Assembly: GCA_963727445.1 (NCBI GenBank)
Contig: CAVSGI010000009.1
Coordinates: 352,001-416,000, forward strand
Reading direction: 5' to 3'
DNA from: an uncultured delta proteobacterium
GTDB taxonomy: Bacteria > Myxococcota_A > Polyangia > Polyangiales > B10-G4
DNA length: 64,000 nt
Positions 1 through 9,409 of the stretch are shown here, one piece after another. Made by a program: the position numbers and the translations under genes. Position 1 is the first letter of the stretch. Every line of letters begins with the position of its first letter. The notes under the pieces were generated by a model that was given only the letters and a program-made list of their open reading frames with translations, was not told the DNA's origin and did no database searches.

Positions 1-1101
1 ACCGCGGCCCACTTCACCAACTGGCTCACCGGACCCACCGGTCTCTACGCCGGCTTGATGACCATGGCCGGACTCACCGGCCTGGGCCTCCTCTTCGTCC
101 ACGTGCTGCTCGCGATCTTCGCGCGCGACGGGGTCCGCCGCACGCACCGCTTCGAGCTCTTCTACGCGGTGCATCGACTCTGGCCGCTCTGGTTCGTCTT
201 CATCCTGCTCCACGGCCCCGTCACCTGGATCTGGGTCGCGGCGCCGCTCGTCGGCTACGTGATCGACAAGTACTTCGCGCGGCGAATCCGCGCGACGCGC
301 GTCGAGGCGCTCACCCCGCTGCCCGCGCGCGCCACGCGCATCGATCTCGCTCGGCCCGATGGCTTCGAGTACGAGGCCGGTGACTACGTCTTCTTGCGCA
401 TCCCCGAGCTCGCCCACATGGAGTGGCACCCCTTCACGCTGAGCAGCGCGCCCGAGAACCAGGAGCGCCTGACGGTGCACGTGCGCAACGTCGGCAACTG
501 GACGGGGGCGCTCCGCGAGCTCGCCGAGGAGCGAGAGGTCGTCGACCATGCGCCGACGCTTTCGGCCTTCGTAGACGGACCTTATGGAACGCCGAGCACG
601 CACATCTTCCGTTGCCAGCGTCCGGTGCTCGTCGCTGCCGGTATCGGCGTCACTCCTTTCGCCAGCGTTCTGGCGAGCATTCTGGAGCGTCTGAGGCGTG
701 GCGACGGAGTGGTCCCAGAGCGCATCCACTTCGTCTGGGTGTGCCGAGACCATCAGGCCTTCGGCTGGTTCGCCGAGCTCCTCGCGGAAATCGAGGCCGA
801 GTACCCCAACCGCTTCGACTTCTCGGTCTACATGGACGCCGGCGAGCGCGACATCAAGAGCACGGTGCTCCGCATCGCGATGGACCTGCTCTACGCGCGG
901 ACACGCAAGGATCTGATGACGGGCCTGAAGAGCCGCACCACGCTCGGCGCGCCCCCTTGGTCCGAATTGATGGCCGCCTTCGCCCGCGAGCACGCGCCGG
1001 ACATCCCTCACGTCTTCTTCTGCGGTCCCGACGGCCTGGCCAACAAGGTGCGCCGCGCGGCGGAAGAGCACGGGATGCCCTTCCGCCAGGAGCACTTCTG
1101 A
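1..1101 (+). CDS. NADPH oxidase / ferric reductase, NOX5-like (5' partial; frame open from base 1)
   Basis: Heme His in TM region (AAHF, AVHRL), FAD motif EWHPFTLSSAP, DGPYG, NADPH motif AAGIGVTPFAS, HFVWVCRD, VFFCGP, C-terminal FRQEHF. Confidence 0.9.
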   Translation, partial: TAAHFTNWLTGPTGLYAGLMTMAGLTGLGLLFVHVLLAIFARDGVRRTHRFELFYAVHRLWPLWFVFILLHGPVTWIWVAAPLVGYVIDKYFARRIRATRVEALTPLPARATRIDLARPDGFEYEAGDYVFLRIPELAHMEWHPFTLSSAPENQERLTVHVRNVGNWTGALRELAEEREVVDHAPTLSAFVDGPYGTPSTHIFRCQRPVLVAAGIGVTPFASVLASILERLRRGDGVVPERIHFVWVCRDHQAFGWFAELLAEIEAEYPNRFDFSVYMDAGERDIKSTVLRIAMDLLYARTRKDLMTGLKSRTTLGAPPWSELMAAFAREHAPDIPHVFFCGPDGLANKVRRAAEEHGMPFRQEHF

Positions 1102-1105
1102 GCCG

Positions 1106-3166
1106 CTACATCGCGCCGGTGTCGTTCATGTCCTGGAGCGGCTCCGGGACCGGAAGGTCGGTGGTCACCAGCCCGTCGCCGTTGTCGAGGTACTGGACCG
1201 TGCGCGACAGGTCCGCGAGATCCTGCGCTTCGCTCTGAACGCAAGCACCGATGGTGGAGTCACGGACGACGCCGTCGTCGATCGAGGCCGAGGACTCTTG
1301 GCCGACGTGTACCCCGCAGAAGTCCGCGCTGGTGATCTCGAAGTGGGACAGGTGGGCGTTGCCGCCCTCGTAGACCCCCAGCCCATGTCCTGCCGGGTCG
1401 TCGCTGCAGCTCCCGTCGCCACACGCGACCGAGTGAACCGGCCCGATCTCGATCTCGGAGAGGCTCACGTGGGTTTGTGGGCTCAAGACGGAGAGCCCCA
1501 CGTCGCGAACGTCGCGAATCGCGATCCGCTCCCCGTCCACCGAGGCCCCGAATTGCACGTTGATCCCGCGTCCCATGCGTCCGTCGATGTCTCGCGAGTG
1601 GACGTCGTGGACCAGCAGATCCTCGATGGTCACGGTGGTGCGAGGATCCTGAAAGAGGAAGCCGGCCTCGGGCAGGTTGGCTACCTCCCACCGCGTCATG
1701 GTTACCGTGGAACCGCTGAGCACCATCATGGCGCGCCCGAAGAAGCCGGAGACGAGATCCACGTCACGGATGTCGACGTCGCTCGCGTTCAGGGTCGAGT
1801 CGCGCAACACCAGGATGCCTTCGCTGTGCACCCGCCGGATGAGGGCGCGCGTGACATCGGCCGTGGCACCGTCTCGGACGGAGATGCCGCGCCCGACCTG
1901 ATTGTCGCTTTGGCGGGTGTCGACGTCGGTGATCATCAGATCTTCGAACGTTGCCGTCCCGCCGCTGTTCAAGATGGCGATCTCCGTCGAATGCTGGAGC
2001 CGACAGCGTCGGCAGACGACGGCGGCGTCGTCCTGGATGTTCAGTGCGCGCCCTCCGACGCGCTCGGAGTTCACGGCGGTGCGACGGACCACGCAGTCCT
2101 CGGCCGTCAGGTCGCCGCCGGCGGAGTCGATCAGGATGCCGACCTCCGTGTTGTCTTCCGACACCACGCGCTGGAGGACCAGCTTGCCGTCAGCCGCCCC
2201 GAAGCCCGGACCGCCGCCGCAATCGTTGGGCAGCGTTCCGGTCGACACCGCATCGGTGACCGTGGCGTCTGCGCGAAGCGACACCACGCCCCACTCGTGG
2301 TTGTCCTCGCTCGAGAGCCAGCGGACGTTGGCGACGGACCGATCCTCGATGTCGAGTCCTCGCCCGAAGAGTCCGCTCGAGAGCGGCGAGGTGCGCCGGA
2401 TGACGAGCCGCTCCGCGTCCATGGTCGCGTCCTCTTCGATCAAGACGCCCACCGAGGTGGCGTCGCGGACGATGACGTCGCGGAGGGTGACGTCGGGCCC
2501 CACGCCGCTCGCCTTGATCCCGAGTCCCCCCGCCGGTCCGATGGTCACGTTCTCGATGCGGGCGTCGCCGCCGACGATGCGCACGACGGGGTCGGGCGCG
2601 GTGACGGTGGTGGAGACGAGGTGCGTCGACTCCGCGCACGCGCCGAGCAGGGCGATGCCGTCGCCGAGCTCGATTGCTTCGTCGTAGGTGCCCGCGGCGA
2701 GCGCGAGCGTCGTCCCCGAGGAAGCGGCGCTGAGCGCTTCGGTGATGGTGCCGAAAGGCGCGTCGATACTCCCGTCGCCCGCGGTCTCACCCGCGCGGAC
2801 GTAGAGCACCGCCGCGTCGGCGGGGACGTCGGGCGAAAACGCGCCGGCGGTTGGGCACTCGGTTCCGATCCGCTCGCATCCCGGACGGCCGGGAAAGTGC
2901 GCTTCGTGCTCCGCGCAGGAGCCGCGGCCGGTCGACGGCCAGGGCTCGCAGACGGCGATCCCGTCCGCTTCGATCTCGTTCCAGCCTTCGGGGCAGGGCG
3001 TGAAGATGGGAAGGGTGGGAGGCGTGGGAGGCGTGACGCTTGTCACCCCGCCGTCGGTGGTGCCGTCTGGGGAAGCGTCGACGGAGGCATCGGAGACGTC
3101 GTCACCGCCGCAGCCTCCCGCGCTGAGAGCGATGGCCAAGAGCAGCGCCGACACCCCCGTTCGCAC
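1106..3166 (-). CDS. Lipoprotein with right-handed parallel beta-helix repeats
   Basis: Signal/lipobox SAGGC; GDGSIDAPFGTITEAL and LAAGTYDE motifs; repeated GRG(L/I)x(V/I) beta-helix turns. Confidence 0.75.
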   Translation of the reverse strand: MRTGVSALLLAIALSAGGCGGDDVSDASVDASPDGTTDGGVTSVTPPTPPTLPIFTPCPEGWNEIEADGIAVCEPWPSTGRGSCAEHEAHFPGRPGCERIGTECPTAGAFSPDVPADAAVLYVRAGETAGDGSIDAPFGTITEALSAASSGTTLALAAGTYDEAIELGDGIALLGACAESTHLVSTTVTAPDPVVRIVGGDARIENVTIGPAGGLGIKASGVGPDVTLRDVIVRDATSVGVLIEEDATMDAERLVIRRTSPLSSGLFGRGLDIEDRSVANVRWLSSEDNHEWGVVSLRADATVTDAVSTGTLPNDCGGGPGFGAADGKLVLQRVVSEDNTEVGILIDSAGGDLTAEDCVVRRTAVNSERVGGRALNIQDDAAVVCRRCRLQHSTEIAILNSGGTATFEDLMITDVDTRQSDNQVGRGISVRDGATADVTRALIRRVHSEGILVLRDSTLNASDVDIRDVDLVSGFFGRAMMVLSGSTVTMTRWEVANLPEAGFLFQDPRTTVTIEDLLVHDVHSRDIDGRMGRGINVQFGASVDGERIAIRDVRDVGLSVLSPQTHVSLSEIEIGPVHSVACGDGSCSDDPAGHGLGVYEGGNAHLSHFEITSADFCGVHVGQESSASIDDGVVRDSTIGACVQSEAQDLADLSRTVQYLDNGDGLVTTDLPVPEPLQDMNDTGAM

Positions 3167-3223
3167 CCCTCGATCTTAGCGGAAGTGCGCGCGGAGCGCA
3201 CCGCACCCCGCGCCTACAGGGAA

Positions 3224-4012
3224 CTACATCCCGGTCGTCGTCGGCATCGGCAGGATGTCGAAGGGGTCCGCGCACCAGACGGTGTCCTGATCGGGGTCGG
3301 CGCAGGTCATGTCGGTCATGTCGCAGTACAGCGATTGGCATTGCCAGGCCCGATCGCAGCCAGAGGTGATGTCTCGACGCTCGACGCACTGGTTCGTGAG
3401 CTCGCCGCAGTACAACGCCTGTTGGCACTCGAAGTCCTTGCTGCAGTCCTCGTTCATTCCGCTGAGCGGACGACAGACCCACCCCGACATCTCGTTCCGG
3501 CAGCCGTAGCCCTCGGTGCATGTGAACAAGCGCGCTACGGCGTCGATGAGCAGGTCTCCCGTGTTCGCCTCGCACGCCTCACCGTCGCCGAAGGTGCCAT
3601 CCATGGCGCTGATCAGCCCATCTCGTTCGGCCACGAGTGCGATGATGTCATCGCTGCAGGAATCCTCCGCGGCGGCGGCGCGCGCTCTCTCCAGGAGCTC
3701 TGCCCCGCGTTCGGGGTTGTAGTGGGTATTCGGTTCCAAGAGAACCGGCCCGAGCCAGCGCTCGCACTTGTCGGTGGCTTCCGCCACGCAGTTAGAAGGC
3801 GCACCCATCGAGCAGCAGTGGCTCCGGCCTTCGCAGAAGACGGACGCCATCGCCGAGCAGACGTTGTTCACGTCGAGAGTGGGGACGTCGGCGTCTGCGT
3901 CCGGGGTTGCAGAATCCATCGCCGCGTCGCCCATGTGCCGTCCGGGATCCAACACCAGCGAGCAGCCGCCCAGCGCGAGCGCCAATCCCATCGCTACCAT
4001 CGCTTGGCGCAT
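3224..4012 (-). CDS. Cys-rich lipoprotein
   Basis: Lipobox LGGC; many Cys in CxxDxxC-type spacing; start overlaps the stop of the upstream TPR gene. Confidence 0.75.
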   Translation of the reverse strand: MRQAMVAMGLALALGGCSLVLDPGRHMGDAAMDSATPDADADVPTLDVNNVCSAMASVFCEGRSHCCSMGAPSNCVAEATDKCERWLGPVLLEPNTHYNPERGAELLERARAAAAEDSCSDDIIALVAERDGLISAMDGTFGDGEACEANTGDLLIDAVARLFTCTEGYGCRNEMSGWVCRPLSGMNEDCSKDFECQQALYCGELTNQCVERRDITSGCDRAWQCQSLYCDMTDMTCADPDQDTVWCADPFDILPMPTTTGM

Positions 4013-4809
4013 CAGAACGTACCCCTTGCGCTGAGCCCGACGACGTTCGGCCCGAGCGCTGGGGCGACCGCCACCCCGTCGTCATCATCGTCGCCGCCGA
4101 TCAGAAGGAACACGGTGCCGACGATGGCGCCGAGCGCGGCGACTCCGAGGCCGATGTCGGCGACGAGCGAGAAGGTCTTCAAGTTGGAGACGTCGTTCTC
4201 GGTGCACGTGCGCCCCATGTCGGCGCCGCACGTCCCGGCGAGGTTCGAGTCCTCCGCGAGGGCGAGGGAGCCGAAGACGCCGAAGGTCGCGAGGCCCACG
4301 CCCGCAGCGATGTACGAGACGATCGCGCCCATCGGAACGCCGCCGCCGGTGTCGGCCGGCGCTTCGGGCGGACTGACCTGATGTTCATCGGGCTCCTGCG
4401 TTTCCTCCGGGCGTTGCGCACGCTCCTCGGCGCGTAGCCGCAGGTTCGCGACGCGCTCGGTGAGCGTCGCGTCTGGCTCTGCCTGAGACTGGTTGAACTC
4501 TTCGAGGGAGTCCGCGGCCTCGCCGTAGCTCCCGAGCCGCTCCTGGGTGAGCCCGATGTTGTAGAGGAGCTCGAACCTGTGACTGGATTCGTACGCTCGG
4601 AGAAACTCGGTGAGCGCCTCCTCGTAGCGGCCTGCCTCGAAGTGCAGTCGACCCGCTTCGAAGTGGATACGAGCCTCGTCGTCGCCGGAGTCGTCGGGCG
4701 CCGCCTCGTCGGCGGACACGGCTTCGTCGTCCACCTCGGCTTCCTGCGCGCTCGCGGAGCTTGCGATGAGCGCGAAGAGCAGCCCGGCGCCGACCCCTTG
4801 GTAAGTCAT
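4012..4809 (-). CDS. Secreted TPR protein with C-terminal hydrophobic segments
   Basis: Signal peptide ASAQE; TPR ARIHFEAGRLHFEAGRYEEAL...LLYNIG; two hydrophobic segments; C-terminal GLSARGTF. Confidence 0.8.
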   Translation of the reverse strand: MTYQGVGAGLLFALIASSASAQEAEVDDEAVSADEAAPDDSGDDEARIHFEAGRLHFEAGRYEEALTEFLRAYESSHRFELLYNIGLTQERLGSYGEAADSLEEFNQSQAEPDATLTERVANLRLRAEERAQRPEETQEPDEHQVSPPEAPADTGGGVPMGAIVSYIAAGVGLATFGVFGSLALAEDSNLAGTCGADMGRTCTENDVSNLKTFSLVADIGLGVAALGAIVGTVFLLIGGDDDDDGVAVAPALGPNVVGLSARGTF

Positions 4810-4845
4810 CCGTCGATCATGCCAAAGCGGCGGCGAAAAGGCATC

Positions 4846-5988
4846 TCACGTCCCACAGGGAGTGATGCGGATCACCCGAGCTGCGCCGGGCTGGGCCAGG
4901 TAGAGGGCGCCGTCGCTGCCGAAGCGGAGGCCGGCGCTCGACATGATCCCGGTCGCGAAGGTCTCCGGCGAGCCGGTGCGATCGACGCGGAGGATCTCGT
5001 CGCTGGTCACGACGTAGAGGTATGCGCCGAAGTCTCCACCCGGCGCGGGTGCGGCCATCGCGAGGGGACGGATGCTCGCCGCGAAGACGCTCGCCTCTCC
5101 ATCGCTCGCGCGGACGCGGTAGATGGCGTCCATGCTGCCCGGGCTGAAGCCGGGATCCTCGATCGTCCCGAGGTAGAGGTCGGAGCCGAGGTCGCCGCCG
5201 GGCCCGAACTCGAGCGCCCATGCGCCGGTGACGGTGCTCGAGCCGTCCATGATCGCGTAGCGCGTCGTGGTGCCGTCGGAGGCCACGGTGTAGACCTCGC
5301 GCGGGTTGGGGGCGCTGGTGTCGTAGCGTTCCCGCGAGGTGACGAAGAGGTCGTCGCCGAAGTCCCCACCCGGGCCGTTCTCGACCTCGCCCGGATCGGC
5401 GAGCTCACCCGAGAGCACCGTGACCGTGGATCCGTCCGCCGCTACCTCGAGGATGCCGTCGTTGCCTCCTGCGGCGCTCGCGTCTTCGATGGCGACATAG
5501 AGGCCCTCCTCGAAGCCGCCCGCCGCGCCGGTGTTCCAGACCGCGAAGCCCGGTCCCTGGAAGAGCGGGTCCGTCGCGAAGACACTCGAGGTGCCCGAGT
5601 CGTTCTGGATGATGTTGCCCGCGTCGGTGCTGGCGCCGATCCAGCTGGCGCTGTTGGTGATCAGCATCAGGCCGGAGGCGTTCCAGCTCACGCTCACCGG
5701 TTCCACGAGCTCGGACCCCTCGGCCACCACCTCGGCGTTCCACTCTTCCGTCGGGAAGGTGATGCCGCTCGCGACCGGGGTGCAGGTCGGCGGTCCCGTG
5801 TCCACCGTCCCCGTGTCCGTGGTGCCGGTATCCGTCGTACCGGTGTCTGCGGTGCCGGTGTCGGGGGTGCCGGTGTCCGGGGCGCCGGTGTCGACGACGC
5901 CGGTGTCGCTCAGCATCGGCGAGTCGTCGCCGCAAGCGACCAGGGCCAAGGGAAGGAGCAGGGCCAGAGAGGCAGAATGAAAGCGCAT
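4846..5988 (-). CDS. Lipoprotein with probable beta-propeller (SMP-30/NHL-like) domain
   Basis: True start MRFHSASLALL...LVAC inside the 851-aa ORF; repeated GxFGxDLYV blades; DTG-repeat linker. Confidence 0.7.
   Translation of the reverse strand: MRFHSASLALLLPLALVACGDDSPMLSDTGVVDTGAPDTGTPDTGTADTGTTDTGTTDTGTVDTGPPTCTPVASGITFPTEEWNAEVVAEGSELVEPVSVSWNASGLMLITNSASWIGASTDAGNIIQNDSGTSSVFATDPLFQGPGFAVWNTGAAGGFEEGLYVAIEDASAAGGNDGILEVAADGSTVTVLSGELADPGEVENGPGGDFGDDLFVTSRERYDTSAPNPREVYTVASDGTTTRYAIMDGSSTVTGAWALEFGPGGDLGSDLYLGTIEDPGFSPGSMDAIYRVRASDGEASVFAASIRPLAMAAPAPGGDFGAYLYVVTSDEILRVDRTGSPETFATGIMSSAGLRFGSDGALYLAQPGAARVIRITPCGT
5790..5910 (-). repeat. 15-bp coding tandem repeat (DTGxx x8 linker)
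   Basis: Translates DTGVV DTGAP DTGTP DTGTA DTGTT DTGTT DTGTV DTGPP. Confidence 0.8.
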
Positions 5989-6069
5989 GGGCATTAGGGT
6001 AGACGGGGAGGGACGCTCCGCCAAAATGCGCGCTTGCCCTGGCGCCAGCCTTGGGGCAAGACGCCCCCG

Positions 6070-7038
6070 ATGGGAGACGTGAAGCAATTCATTCGCCGCC
6101 ATTTCCGGCACTTCAACGCTGCGGTCATCGTCGATGCGGTAGAGGCCTGGGAGGCGCATCTCGACAGTGGCGGCAAGATGCTGCTGACCCTGGCCGGGGC
6201 CATGAGCACCGCCGAGATGGGCACGGTCATCGCCGAGCTCATCCGGAAGGACAAGGTCCACGCCCTCTGCGTGACCGGCGCGAACCTCGAGGAGGACGTC
6301 TTCAATCTCGTCGCGCACGAGAGCTACGCGCGCGTGCCCCATTACCGCGACCTGACGCCGGAGCAAGAGCGCGAGCTTCGCGACCGCGGGATGAACCGCG
6401 TCACCGACACCTGCATCCCCGAAGAGGAGGCGATGCGGAAGATCGAGCGGCACATGATCGAGCTGTGGACCGCGGCCGCCGAAAAGGGTGAGCGCTACTT
6501 CCCGCACGAGTACATGTACCAGCTCCTGAAGAGCAAGCGCCTCGAGGGCGAGTACGAGATCGATCCGAAGAACTCCTGGCTCATGGCGGCGGCCGAAGCG
6601 AACCTGCCGATCTGGACGCCCGGCTGGGAGGACTCGACGCTCGGCAACATGTTCGTCGCGAACGTGAAGTCGAAGAAGGCCTTCGACTTCCCGGTGGTGA
6701 AGTCGGGCACCGAGGCGATGGGCGACCTCATCGACTGGTACGGCGCCAACCAGGAGAAGTCGTCCATCGGCTTCTTCCAGATCGGCGGCGGCATTGCCGG
6801 CGACTTCCCGATCTGCGTGGTGCCGCTGATCCATCAGGACCTCCAGCGCGAAGTCCGCTACTGGGGCTACTTCTGCCAGATCAGTGACTCGACCACCTCG
6901 TATGGCTCCTACAGCGGCGCGGTCCCGAACGAGAAGATCACCTGGGGCAAGGTGGACGTCGACACCCCGCGCTTCGTGATCGAGTCGGACGCCACCATCG
7001 TCTTCCCGCTGATCGCGGCGTGGCTCCTCGACTACTGA
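6070..7038 (+). CDS. Deoxyhypusine synthase-like protein (probably polyamine/homospermidine synthesis)
   Basis: TLAGAMSTAE, TGANLEED, QIGGGIAGDF, SYSGAVPNEKITWGK, ESDATIV motifs. Confidence 0.92.
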   Translation: MGDVKQFIRRHFRHFNAAVIVDAVEAWEAHLDSGGKMLLTLAGAMSTAEMGTVIAELIRKDKVHALCVTGANLEEDVFNLVAHESYARVPHYRDLTPEQERELRDRGMNRVTDTCIPEEEAMRKIERHMIELWTAAAEKGERYFPHEYMYQLLKSKRLEGEYEIDPKNSWLMAAAEANLPIWTPGWEDSTLGNMFVANVKSKKAFDFPVVKSGTEAMGDLIDWYGANQEKSSIGFFQIGGGIAGDFPICVVPLIHQDLQREVRYWGYFCQISDSTTSYGSYSGAVPNEKITWGKVDVDTPRFVIESDATIVFPLIAAWLLDY

Positions 7039-7102
7039 CCCCCACATTTGCGCTGCGCTTCGGCTTCCCATAAATTCGTTCCGTGGGTTTGGGAGGCTGA
7101 CC

Positions 7103-8851
7103 ATGCGTGGCTCGGTGTTGGTGGGACTTTGGGCGGCGCTGGCGATGCTGGTGCTCGGTTGTAGTGATACGGGGCGCACCCGCGTCACCGGAGATGGCGG
7201 GACCGACGGCTCGAGCTCGGACGGGGTCGGCGGTTGTGACGGCGTCGACACCGACGGAGACGGCATCGCCGATTCCATCGAGGGCGACAGCGATCCCGAC
7301 ATGGACGGGATCGTCTCGTCGGCCGACGACGACTCGGACGGTGACGGGATCCCCGACTCCGTCGAGGCCGGCTCGAGCAATCCGTGCTCGCCGAGGGACA
7401 CGGACGCCGACGGAACGCCCGACTACGTCGACACCGACAGCGACAACGACGGCCTCAGTGACGGTGCCGAGCAGATGCTGGGCACCGATCCGCTGAATGC
7501 GGATTCCGACGGCGACGGCTTCTCCGATCTCGCCGAGAACGTCGCCGGCACCGATCCTTCCGATGCGTCTTCGGGCATCCCCGACACGGACTTCTTCGTC
7601 GTGCTTCCCTACGAGGGCGACCACCAGGAGCGCACGCTGCGCTTCGGCACCAACATCGCGGTGGCCGACGTCTTCTTCCTCGCCGACATGACCGGCTCGA
7701 TGCGCGGCGTGCGCGAGAACATCATCACCGGCCTGATCGACACGATCATCCCGGGCATCGAAGGCGCCATCGAGAACGTTCAGTTCGGCGCCGGTGGGTA
7801 CGACGACTACGGCGTGCCGCCCTACGGCTGGGAACCGACCTCGTCGTGGCGTGACCTTCCGTTCTATCTGCTCCGCGAGATCGCGCCGCCCGAGCAGGAC
7901 CTCGGCGGGTGGTCACTGGCCAGCGGCCCGACCACCGCGGAGTGTCCGGACGACGCCTCGGTGATGGACATCGGCATGATCACCGGCTCTCCCAACGGCA
8001 CACCCGACATCCTCGAAGCGGTGACGGGTCTGCCCTGCCACGGCGGCAACGACGGCGAGGAGGCGACGGGCCCGGCGCTGTGGGTGACGGCGACCGGCAC
8101 GGGCGTCTCCTGGGACTACAGCGGCTACTCGGGCTCCATCCCGGACCAGAGCTGTCCCTCGATCCCCGACGAGATGGGCTCGCGCTTCGGCTATCCCTGC
8201 TTCCGGCCGGGCGCGCTCCCGATCATCCTCCTCTTCGGCGATTACCAGTGGCACAACGGCCCAGGCGGCTCGGCGCCCTATCCCTTTCCGGCCCCCAGTT
8301 ACGAGGAGGCCGTCGCCGAGCTGAACCGCATCGGCGCGCGCGTCATCCCGATCGTCAACAGCTTCGGCTCGCCTCCCTCGAACTACACGCAGATCGCGCT
8401 GGACACCGGCACCGTGCGCGCGGACGGAACGCCGCTGGTCTTCTCCATCAGCACCGGCGGCACCGGGCTCGACTCGGCGGTGGTCGACGCGGTGGTCGAG
8501 CTCACGAGCGGGACGCCGCAGGACGTCACCACCCGCACCGAGAACGTCCCGGGTAATCCGGACGACGTGGACGCGACGGGCTTCATCAAGTCGATCACGC
8601 CCGACGAGGGCTATCGCGACGGTGCCCCGGGCGTCGGCTACGACAGCAAGGACGACACCACCTTCTACGGCGTGATCCCCGGCACCTTCGTGGACTTCAA
8701 CATCGACTTCCACAACGACTTCCGCCCGCCGGCCACCGTCACCGAGATCTTCCAGGCACGCATCATCGTCGTGGGTAACGGCGTCGCCGACCTGGACTCG
8801 CGTAACGTCTACATCCTGGTCCCGCCCGAGGGCGGGGTGATCCTCATCTGA
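7103..8851 (+). CDS. Lipoprotein with Ca-binding DxDxDG (TSP3-like) repeats and integrin-beta-like VWA domain
   Basis: Lipobox VLGC; repeated DTDGDG/DSDGDG; MIDAS-like DVFFLADMTGSM; GGNDGEEA; FRPGALPIILLFGD. Confidence 0.8.
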   Translation: MRGSVLVGLWAALAMLVLGCSDTGRTRVTGDGGTDGSSSDGVGGCDGVDTDGDGIADSIEGDSDPDMDGIVSSADDDSDGDGIPDSVEAGSSNPCSPRDTDADGTPDYVDTDSDNDGLSDGAEQMLGTDPLNADSDGDGFSDLAENVAGTDPSDASSGIPDTDFFVVLPYEGDHQERTLRFGTNIAVADVFFLADMTGSMRGVRENIITGLIDTIIPGIEGAIENVQFGAGGYDDYGVPPYGWEPTSSWRDLPFYLLREIAPPEQDLGGWSLASGPTTAECPDDASVMDIGMITGSPNGTPDILEAVTGLPCHGGNDGEEATGPALWVTATGTGVSWDYSGYSGSIPDQSCPSIPDEMGSRFGYPCFRPGALPIILLFGDYQWHNGPGGSAPYPFPAPSYEEAVAELNRIGARVIPIVNSFGSPPSNYTQIALDTGTVRADGTPLVFSISTGGTGLDSAVVDAVVELTSGTPQDVTTRTENVPGNPDDVDATGFIKSITPDEGYRDGAPGVGYDSKDDTTFYGVIPGTFVDFNIDFHNDFRPPATVTEIFQARIIVVGNGVADLDSRNVYILVPPEGGVILI

Positions 8852-8871
8852 GGATCGCCCTCGAAGACCCT

Positions 8872-9305
8872 TCAGGACTCGGTTCCAGTATTGATGTGGA
8901 TTGCGTAGTCACTGCACACCGTCTCCGAGCATGTGGAGTAGGTGCTTCCCTCGGAGCAGCTTTGGGTAACCGACGTTTTCCCGTACGTCCACATCCCAGG
9001 AAGGTAGGAGTAGCATCGTGAGCACCCTCCGAGAGCCCACGTCGATGTACTGACGCAGTTCAGGAGTGGCTCCCGACGGCGTAGCCCTCTTCGTCGAACC
9101 TCACCACGCCGACGTCCTCACCGGCGGCGTTGAAGAGGCGCACCATTTCGTCCTCCGCGTGCAGCGCTTCGATACCGAGCGCGTGCAGCTGCGTGCGCTC
9201 GGCGCTGGACAACTGGCTCTCCATGCCGCCCGACCCGCCGACCGCGCAGCCGGCCGCCACAGTCACCAGAACCAAACCGCTCAAGATCTTCGTTTGCTTT
9301 TCCAT
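8872..9305 (-). pseudogene. Interrupted small lipoprotein with Cys-rich C-terminus (frameshift or internal deletion near 9065)
   Basis: RBS AGGAGG then MEKQTKIL...VAAGC, stop at 9060; another frame continues LNCVSTSTWALGGCSRCYSY...CSETVCSDYAIHINTGTES* to 8872. Confidence 0.55.
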
Positions 9306-9329
9306 CGAACCTCCTGTCGAGCTCGACTG

Positions 9330-9345
9330 AGCAATCGGCGCGCCA
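9330..9345 (-). promoter_or_regulatory. Sigma54 -24/-12 promoter
   Basis: TGGCGCG-CCGA-TTGCT matches consensus TGGCACG-N4-TTGCW; predicted start site ~9319, just upstream of the RBS of the 9305 gene. Confidence 0.7.
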
Positions 9346-9409
9346 GGTGCCATGTCGGCGCGGGTTCGGGCCTGAGACGAACTGCGAAGCGACCCCGCGT
9401 TTATCAACC

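Noticed and set aside
1298..4381. 1027-aa plus-strand ORF, and similar long ORFs such as 20655-22673, 30347-32458 and 56089-58890
   Set aside because: Antisense shadows of well-supported genes; stop codons are scarce in high-GC DNA and the translations have no motifs
4846..7401. 851-aa ORF as one gene; likewise the long N-terminal extensions of 28765-30129, 29394-30725, 44198-46171, 48701-50644 and 48821-50812
   Set aside because: Extensions overlap real genes; internal starts with signal peptides, RBS or stop/start coupling fit better
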